Shown: in pieces, positions 19,296 to 27,624 of the stretch
Layout of the letters: every line of letters starts with the position of its first letter
Numbering within the stretch: position 1 is the stretch's first letter
DNA from: an uncultured Planctomycetia bacterium
GTDB lineage: Bacteria > Omnitrophota > Gorgyraeia > 1-14-0-20-64-10
DNA: 64,000 bases
Direction: 5' to 3'
Assembly (NCBI GenBank): GCA_964597545.1
Contig: CAZQXN010000004.1
Coordinates: 6,683 to 70,682 of the forward strand
Program-made: the position numbers and the translations under genes
Notes under the pieces: generated by a model
Database searches by the model: none
Seen by the model: only the letters and a program-made list of their open reading frames with translations
What the model was told of the DNA's origin: nothing

Positions 19296-20723
19296 ATGGT
19301 TTCTTCTGATTTACAGACTCGTTACCTCAAGGCACAATTGGCCTTTCTGGATGGCCAGATGCTTATGGACCCCAGCGTCAATGATCAAGTCGGATTTGAT
19401 TTTCAAGGTCTAAGGCGCAGCTACTTTGATGACCCAAAGCACGGGCAGTCCAAGTTTGTCGCGCACTCAGGGCGTGTCTGGATCTATGACGTGGCCCTAT
19501 CGATCTACGCAGACCTTAAATCCAAACGGTTCCAGCAGGCTGTCCATCAGGCTGATCGGGTGGTCCAGCTGGCGCAGAGGGAAGAGGAGCGAGGTTTCCA
19601 GGGGCTGTGGCACTTTTCCTACAACACGAAAGAGGACAGCTTCATCGATCCGCGTGGGCCCACCGGCGCCAATGCCTGGTGCTTGAATGCCCTCTACGCC
19701 TGCGCGCTGGAACGCGGGGATAGGGCGCTGTTGGCTTGGCTGAACCAGAAGGTAGAGAGCTACCTCTTTGGCGAGCAGGTGATCAACCGCAAAGATCCAC
19801 GCCACGGCCTCATTCGATCTGGGCGCTACAACGCCGATGACCTCGCTCGGGAAGATTCCATGGGATATGACGTGTACAGAGGAGACCTGAATCATTCCTA
19901 CGAACACGTTATTTTGGAACATTGCGCCGATGCTGCCGGAACATTCCGGCTGGCCTTCCGGGCCAACCGGCGGTTGGATCCAAAGAACAAACCGTTTCTC
20001 GAGATCCTCATCGAGCGTCATGACTGGCTCATTCAGGGGATGCGGCGCTGTTTCTGGCAGGGGGATCATTTTGTTTCTGCCCTGGATGGCCAAGGGCAAT
20101 TGTACCGGGGAAGAGACGGTCAGCCCAGCGTTGCCGTGGACAACAACACCTGGTCAGCCCACATCTTTGTGCCCTATGACTTAGAGCTAGCCCGTTCGGC
20201 AGCTCGCTACGTGGAGGATCGGTTCATCACCCAGGTCCCTCCGGCTATGCTGGAAGATCTTCCATCTGACTCCACGCAGGCAGGTTCCGTGCAGGAGGGG
20301 CTGGAGGGGTTGTATTACTTCCCGGACACCTTTGCCGATCCCTTTGTCCAGATTCCTGACCAGAGACGTGAAAAAGTAGAAAAACTTCTCCACCCGGAGG
20401 CTGCCTTGGGGTTTGTTCTGTTCCTCCTCGGTTTGGCCGATCACCTCTCGGGTTCGGAGCAAGAACGCTTGCGCCAACGAGCACTGAAGCTCTACGAGGA
20501 TACCGCCAATCTCCAGGGACTCTACGGTGCGCACGCCGCCCCTTACGCAAGCGTCAACATTCCTCCGATCTTCTCCACCCTCCACTCTGTGACGACGGCT
20601 GCATGCGGAGTGATTACCACTAGGATCCTGCAGGGGGCACCCAGCGATGATTTCATCGGGGTGATGCCGCCCAAGGAGATGACAGTTGCAGGTCAAGCGC
20701 CTGCCCGCTCCATTGATGACTAG
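19296..20723 (+). CDS. Hypothetical protein within the bio operon (475 aa), unknown function
   Basis: Intact ORF between bioF and bioD-bioA. No diagnostic motif recognised; composition is alpha-helical and enzyme-like. Confidence 0.5.
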   Translation: MVSSDLQTRYLKAQLAFLDGQMLMDPSVNDQVGFDFQGLRRSYFDDPKHGQSKFVAHSGRVWIYDVALSIYADLKSKRFQQAVHQADRVVQLAQREEERGFQGLWHFSYNTKEDSFIDPRGPTGANAWCLNALYACALERGDRALLAWLNQKVESYLFGEQVINRKDPRHGLIRSGRYNADDLAREDSMGYDVYRGDLNHSYEHVILEHCADAAGTFRLAFRANRRLDPKNKPFLEILIERHDWLIQGMRRCFWQGDHFVSALDGQGQLYRGRDGQPSVAVDNNTWSAHIFVPYDLELARSAARYVEDRFITQVPPAMLEDLPSDSTQAGSVQEGLEGLYYFPDTFADPFVQIPDQRREKVEKLLHPEAALGFVLFLLGLADHLSGSEQERLRQRALKLYEDTANLQGLYGAHAAPYASVNIPPIFSTLHSVTTAACGVITTRILQGAPSDDFIGVMPPKEMTVAGQAPARSIDD

Positions 20724-22827
20724 AGGTCTTTTTGTTACCGGTACCGGAACAGAGGTAGGAAAAACCGTTGTAACGGCGGCCCTGGCCCATGCCTTCCTTA
20801 GACAGGGAGTGAATGTTGGGGTTGTCAAGCCTATAGCGACCGGCTGCCAGCGGCGCGGCGGCAAACTTATCTCATCGGATGCCGAGAAGCTTCTCCGGGC
20901 AAGCGGCGCTGGGGACCCCACGGAATGGGTCTGTCCCTATCGCTTCAGGCCTCCGGTTGCTCCTTCAGTTGCGGCAGGCAAACAGGGCATCTCCTTCTCT
21001 CGAATCGATCAGGCCATGGAGCGCTTGAGCAGCCGCCATGATCTTCTTTTGGTTGAGGGGATCGGCGGGCTTCTGGTGCCCCTGGATGCCCGCCGCACCG
21101 TTGTGGATCTGGCAGCGCACCTGAAGCTTCCCCTGCTTGTGGTGGCCCATGCGGGGCTAGGGACCCTGAATCATACCCTCCTTACCCTTGAGGCGGCTCG
21201 ATCCAGGAACCTTGAAGTAGCTGGCATTGTCTTGAATCAGCGCAGTCCCACTCCCTCTCTGGCAGAGCAGACCAATCCAGCGGTATTGCGCAAATTGGGT
21301 CAGGTGCCGGTTCTAGGGGTAATCCCTCACCTGAGATTCCCCTCCCCAGAGCAGGTAGCCGGCTACCTTAAGGCCAAAAAGATCTTTCAGAAAATCGGTA
21401 CCAGGTACCAAACCCAAACCCCTTGTACAAAAGGGTCAGACCCTTTCGTACAGCGCCTACGGAGCGGTCACGTACGAAAAGTTCAGACCCTGAGCCATCG
21501 GTACCTGGTACCAAAGGCCGTACCAAAGGCTCAAGCGAAGCGTTTGATCCAGAGCGACCGCAAGCGGCTGTGGCACCCCTTTACCCAGATGCAGGATTGG
21601 GAAAAGGAGGAGTCGCTGATCATCCGCTCTGCCCGCGGGGTGTGGCTTACCGACATCCACGGCCGTCGCTATCTCGATGGTGTCTCCTCCCTCTGGGTCA
21701 ATCTCCACGGCCACCGCCATCCGGCCCTGGACCAGGCCTTAAAACAGCAGGTTGATCGAGTGGCCCACTCCACCCTTTTGGGGGCAGCCAACATTCCCTC
21801 CATCGAGCTGGCAGAGGAGATCTTGCGGGTGGCCCCCAAGAATCTCACACGCGTTTTCTACTCCGACAGCGGCTCTACTGCTGTTGAAATTGCACTCAAG
21901 ATGGCTTTTCAGTACTGGCAGCAAAACGGCCGCCCGCGCCGCCGTCGCTTTGTCCACTTTGTCGATGCCTACCATGGGGATACGGTGGGCTCTGTCTCGG
22001 TCGGCGGGATCGACCTGTTTCATCAGGTGTACAAGCCCCTGCTCTTTAAGGGGTTCAAGGTTCCCTTGAACAAGATTAAGCCCTTTGAGGAGACCCTGCG
22101 CAAGCACCACCCCGAGATTGCCGGTGTCGTGGTAGAGCCCTTGGTGCAAGGGGCGGCTGGGATGGCGACCCAACCCAAAGGGTGGCTCAAGCAGGTAGAA
22201 AGGCTCTGCCGCCGCTACGGACTGCTGCTGATTGCTGATGAGGTGGCAGTAGGTTTCGGGAGAACCGGCACGATGTTTGCCTGCGAGCAGGAGAAGGTGC
22301 GTCCAGATCTGCTCTGTTTGGCCAAGGGGTTAAGCGGCGGCTACCTTCCTCTGGCGGCGACCCTGGCCTCTGAGCGAATTTACAAAGGGTTTTTGGGCTC
22401 CTATGCCTCCAAGCGGACCTTTTTTCATGGGCACAGCTACACCGGAAATCCCTTGGCCTGCGCGGTTGCTTTAGAGAGCCTGCGTCTTTTCCGCCGCGAG
22501 AAGGTGCTGCAGAGACTTAAGCCTAAAATCCGGCTCTTTACACAGGAGCTCAAACGCTTCTGGGAACTTCCCCATGTAGGAGATGTGCGCCAGCAGGGGC
22601 TGATGGCTGGCATCGAGCTAACCCAAGATAAAGCAAAAGGCACCCCTTATCCCTGGGAAACCAAGATGGGGATTCAAGTCTGCAGTGCGCTCAGAGCCGA
22701 GGGCATTCTCTTGAGACCCCTGGGCAACGTGGTGGTGCTCATGCCCCCTCTGGTCATCTCCCGAGAGGAGCTTAACTTTCTTTGCCGCAAGACCTATACT
22801 GCTGTGGATCGAGTGACTGGCATTTGA
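20716..22827 (+). CDS. bioDA: Dethiobiotin synthetase fused in-frame to adenosylmethionine-8-amino-7-oxononanoate aminotransferase (BioD-BioA), linker encoded by a MITE-like repeat
   Basis: - N-terminal GTGTEVGKTVVTAAL P-loop (BioD).
- C-terminal WHPFTQMQ...YSDSGSTAVEIALKMA class-III aminotransferase (BioA).
- Single ORF with no stop between them.
- A possible internal TTG at 21544 could also start bioA independently. Confidence 0.8.
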   Translation: MTRGLFVTGTGTEVGKTVVTAALAHAFLRQGVNVGVVKPIATGCQRRGGKLISSDAEKLLRASGAGDPTEWVCPYRFRPPVAPSVAAGKQGISFSRIDQAMERLSSRHDLLLVEGIGGLLVPLDARRTVVDLAAHLKLPLLVVAHAGLGTLNHTLLTLEAARSRNLEVAGIVLNQRSPTPSLAEQTNPAVLRKLGQVPVLGVIPHLRFPSPEQVAGYLKAKKIFQKIGTRYQTQTPCTKGSDPFVQRLRSGHVRKVQTLSHRYLVPKAVPKAQAKRLIQSDRKRLWHPFTQMQDWEKEESLIIRSARGVWLTDIHGRRYLDGVSSLWVNLHGHRHPALDQALKQQVDRVAHSTLLGAANIPSIELAEEILRVAPKNLTRVFYSDSGSTAVEIALKMAFQYWQQNGRPRRRRFVHFVDAYHGDTVGSVSVGGIDLFHQVYKPLLFKGFKVPLNKIKPFEETLRKHHPEIAGVVVEPLVQGAAGMATQPKGWLKQVERLCRRYGLLLIADEVAVGFGRTGTMFACEQEKVRPDLLCLAKGLSGGYLPLAATLASERIYKGFLGSYASKRTFFHGHSYTGNPLACAVALESLRLFRREKVLQRLKPKIRLFTQELKRFWELPHVGDVRQQGLMAGIELTQDKAKGTPYPWETKMGIQVCSALRAEGILLRPLGNVVVLMPPLVISREELNFLCRKTYTAVDRVTGI
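21393..21517. mobile_element. MITE/REP-like hairpin element with terminal inverted repeats AATCGGTACCAGGTACCAAACCC / CCTTTGGTACCAGGTACCGATG, inserted in-frame in the bioD-bioA linker
   Basis: - Terminal GGTACCnGGTACC units are in inverted orientation.
- Internal GGGTCAGACCCTTTCGTAC / GTACGAAAAGTTCAGACCC inverted pair.
- The same 19-mer recurs at 57034-57052. Confidence 0.6.
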
Positions 22828-22903
22828 GAGCGACTCTCCTTTGAAGGAGGCCAAGTCAAAGGATCAGTTTTGTGGTAAGGTGAGGCGGTAAGATTAATCT
22901 CAA

Positions 22904-23308
22904 GTGTCTACGATTCGTTTTCCGTATAAACGCTACCGGGATCAAGCGGCACCCGTGATTCCCATCAGGGTGCTGGCTAACGGGCGCTGGCGCCGGGTTG
23001 TGGCCTACGTGGATTCAGGGGCAGCCTACAGTGTGCTGACCGTACGAGAGGCCAAGCGCCTGGGGCTGCTCAAGATCAAGGCCAGGCGGGTGGCGGTCAC
23101 CACCAGCGGAGGCCGCGCCAACAAGATCTCGCTTCACCGGCTGTGGGCGCGCCTAGGCAAGAAGCGCCTCTCAATTACCTTCGGAGTTCCTCGGGATTTT
23201 GATGTCGACTTTAACCTCCTTGGACGCAGGGACCTCTTTGGACGATTCGAAGTCTGCTTCAATGACGCCCAAAGCGTCCTTACCCTCATCGAACACCGAA
23301 AACAGTAA
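22904..23308 (+). CDS. Retropepsin-like (clan AA) aspartic protease domain protein
   Basis: YVDSGAAYSVL contains the D-S-G-A aspartyl protease signature. 134 aa single domain. Confidence 0.65.
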   Translation: MSTIRFPYKRYRDQAAPVIPIRVLANGRWRRVVAYVDSGAAYSVLTVREAKRLGLLKIKARRVAVTTSGGRANKISLHRLWARLGKKRLSITFGVPRDFDVDFNLLGRRDLFGRFEVCFNDAQSVLTLIEHRKQ

Positions 23309-24005
23309 AGAGGTTTTTGTCCACCGGCTGTTCGATGCGATTGCATCCAGGTATGATCTCTTCTGCCGGCTTTCCAGCTTTGGCCTAGACGCTTCTTTGC
23401 GCCGCAGGACTGTCCAAAGTTTGCGTTTGGCCCCTGGGATGCGGGTGCTGGATTCGGCCAGCGGCAGCGGCGGCTTGGCGATTGAGGCAGTCCGGGAGAT
23501 TCTGCCCTTAGGTCAGGTCATCGCCAGTGACCTCTCCGCTCCCATGCTGGCTCAGGCCCGCCGCAGGCTTGCTCGCCACCCCGTGGCCGGCTGGCATATC
23601 CAGATGAGCTTAAACCGCGCTGAGGTGCTGTCATTTAAGACAGGCTCCTTTGATGCGGCCGCCATGGGGTTTGCGCTGCGCAATGTCTCTGATCTTAAGA
23701 ACACCTTCCAGGAGTTGGCTCGAGTGATTCGCCCGGGAGGGCGGGTGGGATTGCTGGAGTTTTCCAGGCCCCAGCATCCGGTGCTGCGCTGGGGGTTTAA
23801 GCTGTGGCTGACGGTTGTCAGCCCCCTCCTGGGCATTCTTTCCACCGGAAAGCTCTGGCCCTTCCTGTATCTGCGCCGCTCTGTCCTACAGTTTATTCCC
23901 TCAGAAGAGGTCATCCGGTGCCTGGAGGGGGCCGGTTTTCAAGAGGTGCGCAAGGCCGCTCTCGCCGGAGGGTGTGTCGCGCTGTATCAGGGGGTGAGGA
24001 GCTGA
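23262..24005 (+). CDS. ubiE: Demethylmenaquinone / ubiquinone C-methyltransferase (class I SAM MTase)
   Basis: VLDSASGSGGLA SAM-binding motif, UbiE/MenG-like N-terminus (VFVHRLFDAIASRYD). Start set at the internal ATG; the ORF-track start at 23199 overlaps the previous gene. Confidence 0.75.
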   Translation: MTPKASLPSSNTENSKEVFVHRLFDAIASRYDLFCRLSSFGLDASLRRRTVQSLRLAPGMRVLDSASGSGGLAIEAVREILPLGQVIASDLSAPMLAQARRRLARHPVAGWHIQMSLNRAEVLSFKTGSFDAAAMGFALRNVSDLKNTFQELARVIRPGGRVGLLEFSRPQHPVLRWGFKLWLTVVSPLLGILSTGKLWPFLYLRRSVLQFIPSEEVIRCLEGAGFQEVRKAALAGGCVALYQGVRS

Positions 24006-25489
24006 TGGCTTGGCGCAATCTTCAGGCCTTTATGACTGCCCTGGAAAAATCAGGCCAGCTCAAGCGCATTCACGCTCAAGTCGATCCCCACCTTGAGATC
24101 ACTGAGATTGCCGACCGCGTTATGAAGCAGGGGGGGCCGACCTTGCTCTTTGAGCAGGTCAAGGGCTCTGTGATCCCCTTGGTGATCAATTGCTTTGGTA
24201 CCGAAGATCGTATGGCCTCAGCGCTCGGGGTGAAGCGTTTGGATGAAGTGGCCGAACGCCTCCAGTCTCTCCTGGAGGTCCCTGCAGGAGGGAGTCTTAA
24301 AGAGAAGCTCAAGCTTATTCCAAAGCTGGCCGAGGCTGCGCAGTTTCCTCCCAAGGTTGTTTCCAAGGCACCCTGCCAAGAGGTGGTGGTCACTCAGAGT
24401 CCCTCGCTCTCGAGCTTGCCGATTCTCCAGTGCTGGCCGCATGATGCCGGCCGCTACATTACCTTTGGAAGTGTTATTACCCGTGACCCCATCACACACA
24501 GGCGCAATGTGGGTCTGTACCGGCTTCAGGTGGTGGATGATCAGACTCTGCTCATGCACTGGCAGATTCACAAGGATGCAGCCGAGCATTACCGAAAACA
24601 AAGAGCTGCCTCCGACACACCTTCAAGCAGCCATTCCCACGGCACCCCCCCTGCCGCCATGCCGGTGGCAATCGCTATTGGGGCAGATCCTGCCACCCTG
24701 TATGCTGCCTCTGCCCCCTTGCCTGAGGGAATCGATGAGCTGCTCTTTGCCGGTTTCTTGCGCAAGGAAGCTGTCCCTGTGGTCAAGGGGGTAACCGTTG
24801 ATCTGGAGGTTCCGGCAGAGGCAGAGATTGTGATTGAAGGCTTCGTGGATCTGGACGCGGCCCCGCAGATGGAGGGGCCCTTTGGGGATCACACCGGTTA
24901 CTACTCTTTACCCGAGCCTTATCCGGCCATGAAGGTGACCGCCATCACCCACCGCAAAGCCCCGATCTATTTGACCACGATCGTGGGTCGCCCCCCCATG
25001 GAGGACCTGTGGCTCGGCAAGGCCACCGAGAGGATATTCTTACCCCTCATCCGGAAGATAGTGCCGGAGATTGTGGACATGAATTTTCCGGCCGAAGGGG
25101 TCTTCAACAATGCGGTCATTGTCTCCGTAAAGAAATCCTTCCCCGGCCAGGGGCGCAAGGTGGCCCATGCCCTCTGGGGATTGGGGCAGATGAGCTTCAC
25201 CAAGGTGCTGATTTTGGTGGATGAATGGGTCAATGTCCAGGATGTGAGCGAAGTCGCTTGGGTGGTTTTCATGAATACCGATCCCAAGCGGGACTGCTTT
25301 TTTGTGGAAGGGTCGGTCGATACCCTCAACCACGCTTCTCCGCAGTTTAATTACGGCTCCAAGATGGGGATTGATGCGACCGGCAAGCTTCCCGGAGAGG
25401 GCCACCCACGCCCCTGGCCGGAGGCGATTGCGATGTCCCCTAAGATCCAGGAGCAGGTAAGCCGTCGCTGGGCTGAGTATGGTCTGTAG
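24005..25489 (+). CDS. ubiD: UbiD-family prenyl-FMN-dependent decarboxylase
   Basis: MAWRNLQAFMTALEKSGQLKRIHAQVDPHLEITEI is UbiD-family N-terminus. Start ATG overlaps the ubiE stop (TGATG). The ORF-track start at 23804 is a run-on. Confidence 0.8.
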   Translation: MAWRNLQAFMTALEKSGQLKRIHAQVDPHLEITEIADRVMKQGGPTLLFEQVKGSVIPLVINCFGTEDRMASALGVKRLDEVAERLQSLLEVPAGGSLKEKLKLIPKLAEAAQFPPKVVSKAPCQEVVVTQSPSLSSLPILQCWPHDAGRYITFGSVITRDPITHRRNVGLYRLQVVDDQTLLMHWQIHKDAAEHYRKQRAASDTPSSSHSHGTPPAAMPVAIAIGADPATLYAASAPLPEGIDELLFAGFLRKEAVPVVKGVTVDLEVPAEAEIVIEGFVDLDAAPQMEGPFGDHTGYYSLPEPYPAMKVTAITHRKAPIYLTTIVGRPPMEDLWLGKATERIFLPLIRKIVPEIVDMNFPAEGVFNNAVIVSVKKSFPGQGRKVAHALWGLGQMSFTKVLILVDEWVNVQDVSEVAWVVFMNTDPKRDCFFVEGSVDTLNHASPQFNYGSKMGIDATGKLPGEGHPRPWPEAIAMSPKIQEQVSRRWAEYGL

Positions 25490-25522
25490 CGTTAGGAGTT
25501 ATCAAGATTTAGATATGCAACA

Positions 25523-25552
25523 TTGACATTTTTAGCTTTGAGCAGGTATAAT
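25523..25552 (+). promoter_or_regulatory. Near-consensus sigma70 promoter (TTGACA - 18 nt - TATAAT)
   Basis: TTGACA at 25523-25528 and TATAAT at 25547-25552, in a low-GC islet. Confidence 0.5.
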
Positions 25553-25576
25553 TGCTATGGTAAAGGAAACCAATCG

Positions 25577-25951
25577 ATGGAAAATAAAGGACATTACCCT
25601 CCAAAAAAGAAAGGGTTGGAAGCTTCTTGGATCTGCCCTGAGTGCATGCGTCTGGTAGGGGTGACGCTGTGCGATCCTCCCTCCTATGTGCGGCGTCTGC
25701 GTAGAATGGAAAAGAATTTTTTCTCTAGAATATTGGCACTTTTCATATTACTACCATTAAGTTTCTTTGCCACTGTCTTCTTTGTGCAGCAGTCGGATAC
25801 AAGGATTCTTCCTGCGACCTCCTCCTCGACGATTCGGCAGCAAAACCCTGCAGACTCTGAGGAGCTGTTGGATTCTTTGCATGAGGATTTGCTTAAGGAG
25901 CCCGAGGAGCAGGATCTATCAGAGGAGCCTCCTGCCAAAGTTTCGGTTTAA
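25577..25951 (+). CDS. Small hypothetical membrane-anchored protein with an N-terminal CxxC...C zinc-ribbon-like motif
   Basis: MENKGHYPPKKKGLEASWICPECMRLVGVTLC..., one hydrophobic helix (ILALFILLPLSFFATVFFV), acidic tail. RBS AAAGGAA precedes the ATG at 25577. The ORF-track start at 25523 lies inside the promoter. Confidence 0.45.
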   Translation: MENKGHYPPKKKGLEASWICPECMRLVGVTLCDPPSYVRRLRRMEKNFFSRILALFILLPLSFFATVFFVQQSDTRILPATSSSTIRQQNPADSEELLDSLHEDLLKEPEEQDLSEEPPAKVSV

Positions 25952-25999
25952 GGGTTGAGCGCTAAGGGGGTGACCCCCTTAGCCGCTTAAGCACCGCCT

Positions 26000-26028
26000 G
26001 CGCCTCTCGCCTCCAAGAGGCGCTTTTG
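26000..26028 (+). terminator. Hairpin plus T-run (candidate intrinsic terminator); a second perfect 10-bp hairpin lies at 25961-25983
   Basis: GCGCCTCTcgcctccaAGAGGCGC followed by TTTTG. Upstream GCTAAGGGGGtgaCCCCCTTAGC. Confidence 0.45.
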
Positions 26029-26041
26029 CTATACTCGCGAC

Positions 26042-26923
26042 ATGCCTCGCTTCCCTTTAAGCTGGTTTCGCGACTGCTCCCAGGCGCTCAAGCTCGAGCA
26101 CACAGTCTTTGCGCTCCCCTTTGCTTATCTGGCCCTTTGGGTTGCCGCCGAGGGAAGCCCCAGCTGGGCAGTGGTCGGATGGGTCACCCTCGCTGTAATC
26201 GCAGCTCGCACCGCAGGGATGTGCCTCAACCGCGTTATCGACCTTCCCATGGACCGGATCAACCCCAGGACAAAGGAGTGGCCGGTTTCCTCCGGAAGAA
26301 TTTCCACGCGCTGGCTCTTAGCGCTGGCCGCCGTGGCTTGCGGACTTTTTTTCTTCTCGGCAGCACAGCTCAACCCCCTCTGCTTTAAGCTGGCTCCGGC
26401 GGCCCTCGTCCTTTTGGCCTTCTATCCGGCGACCAAGCGCTTCACCTGGAGCTGTCACTTTTGGCTGGGATTGGCCCTGGCCGCGGCTCCCCTGGGGGGA
26501 TGGTTTGCCGTTACCGGCAGATTGGAGGCGGCGGTGCTTCCCCTTGCCGTTGGGGTGCTCTTTTGGGTGGCTGGTTTTGATATCCTGTATGCCCTGCTCG
26601 ATCTTGACTTTGATCGGACGCACGGCGTATATTCGATTCCACAACGTTTTGGCCTTAAAAGATCCCTAACCCTCTCCGGCATATGCCACAGCTGTGCCCT
26701 GGCAGGCATTGGGTGGTTTGGGCTGGAGGCAGGTTTGGGTCTGTGGTTCTGGCTTGGCCTGGCAGGGGTGGCCGGGCTTCTCTTCTACGAACACCGTTTA
26801 GTTACACCGCAGCACTTGGATCGAATCAACCGAGCTTTTTTCGTTGTCAACGGATGGGTGAGCGTTACCCTGTTTGGATTCACGCTCCTCGATCTTAAAT
26901 TCCCTGGAATACCGACTGGATGA
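26042..26923 (+). CDS. UbiA-family aromatic prenyltransferase (MqnP-like)
   Basis: UbiA-family Asp-rich motifs (NRVIDLPMDRIN, LYALLDLDFD) and multiple TM helices. Confidence 0.8.
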   Translation: MPRFPLSWFRDCSQALKLEHTVFALPFAYLALWVAAEGSPSWAVVGWVTLAVIAARTAGMCLNRVIDLPMDRINPRTKEWPVSSGRISTRWLLALAAVACGLFFFSAAQLNPLCFKLAPAALVLLAFYPATKRFTWSCHFWLGLALAAAPLGGWFAVTGRLEAAVLPLAVGVLFWVAGFDILYALLDLDFDRTHGVYSIPQRFGLKRSLTLSGICHSCALAGIGWFGLEAGLGLWFWLGLAGVAGLLFYEHRLVTPQHLDRINRAFFVVNGWVSVTLFGFTLLDLKFPGIPTG

Positions 26924-27006
26924 CCCCGCCCCTGATCCACCCAGGCGTGGGTTGCGTATCACGCGCATTCGGAAGATCGCATGCTGAGGGTTGAGATGAA
27001 GACACT

Positions 27007-27624
27007 GTGGACTGGAGGGGCGGGGTGAAGCACCCCATTATTGCCATCACCGGCGCCTCCGGCACCTGCTATGCTGTCCGACTGCTGGAGGCATTGATTG
27101 CCCAGCGCCTAGAGCCCTATGTCATCATCTCCCAGGCTGGGCGGCAGGTCATGGGGTTGGAGCTGGGCACCACGGATCTTAAGGCGTTGCTGGGTTCTGA
27201 CGGCTGGCGCGAAGAAGCAGTGGAGGATTTGGGCTCCCCGTTGGCCAGCGGTTCCTTTCCAACCATGGGCATGGTGGTGGCGCCCTGTTCAACCGGAAGC
27301 TTGGGGGCGATGGCCAATGGCGTCAGCTCCAATCTGATTCACCGGGCTGCAGAGGTGACCTTGAAGGAAAGGCGCCGGCTCATTGTTGTCCCTCGAGAGA
27401 CCCCGGTGTCTCAGATTGCCCTCAAGAATCTACTCGCCCTCTCCCAGGCCGGCGCTGATATTGTTCCGGCCTGTCCGGGTTTCTACCACAACCCGAAGAC
27501 CATTCAGGATCTGGTAGATTTTGTGGTGGCCCGGATCCTGGATTTGATGCAAGTTCCGCACGAGCTTTCCCGGCGGTGGAGCGGTACACCCGCACCTGAA
27601 GATGCTCTCGACCGTCCAAGCTGA
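27007..27624 (+). CDS. ubiX: Flavin prenyltransferase UbiX/Pad1
   Basis: IIAITGASGTCYAVRLLEAL...VVAPCSTGSLGAMANG is the UbiX signature. True start may be the GTG at 27025 (MKHPIIAITGASG). Confidence 0.85.
   Translation: MDWRGGVKHPIIAITGASGTCYAVRLLEALIAQRLEPYVIISQAGRQVMGLELGTTDLKALLGSDGWREEAVEDLGSPLASGSFPTMGMVVAPCSTGSLGAMANGVSSNLIHRAAEVTLKERRRLIVVPRETPVSQIALKNLLALSQAGADIVPACPGFYHNPKTIQDLVDFVVARILDLMQVPHELSRRWSGTPAPEDALDRPS

Noticed and set aside
19497-20921. Minus-strand ORFs (200 and 244 aa) antisense to the bio operon.
   Set aside because: No recognisable motifs; fully embedded antisense to coupled, conserved genes.
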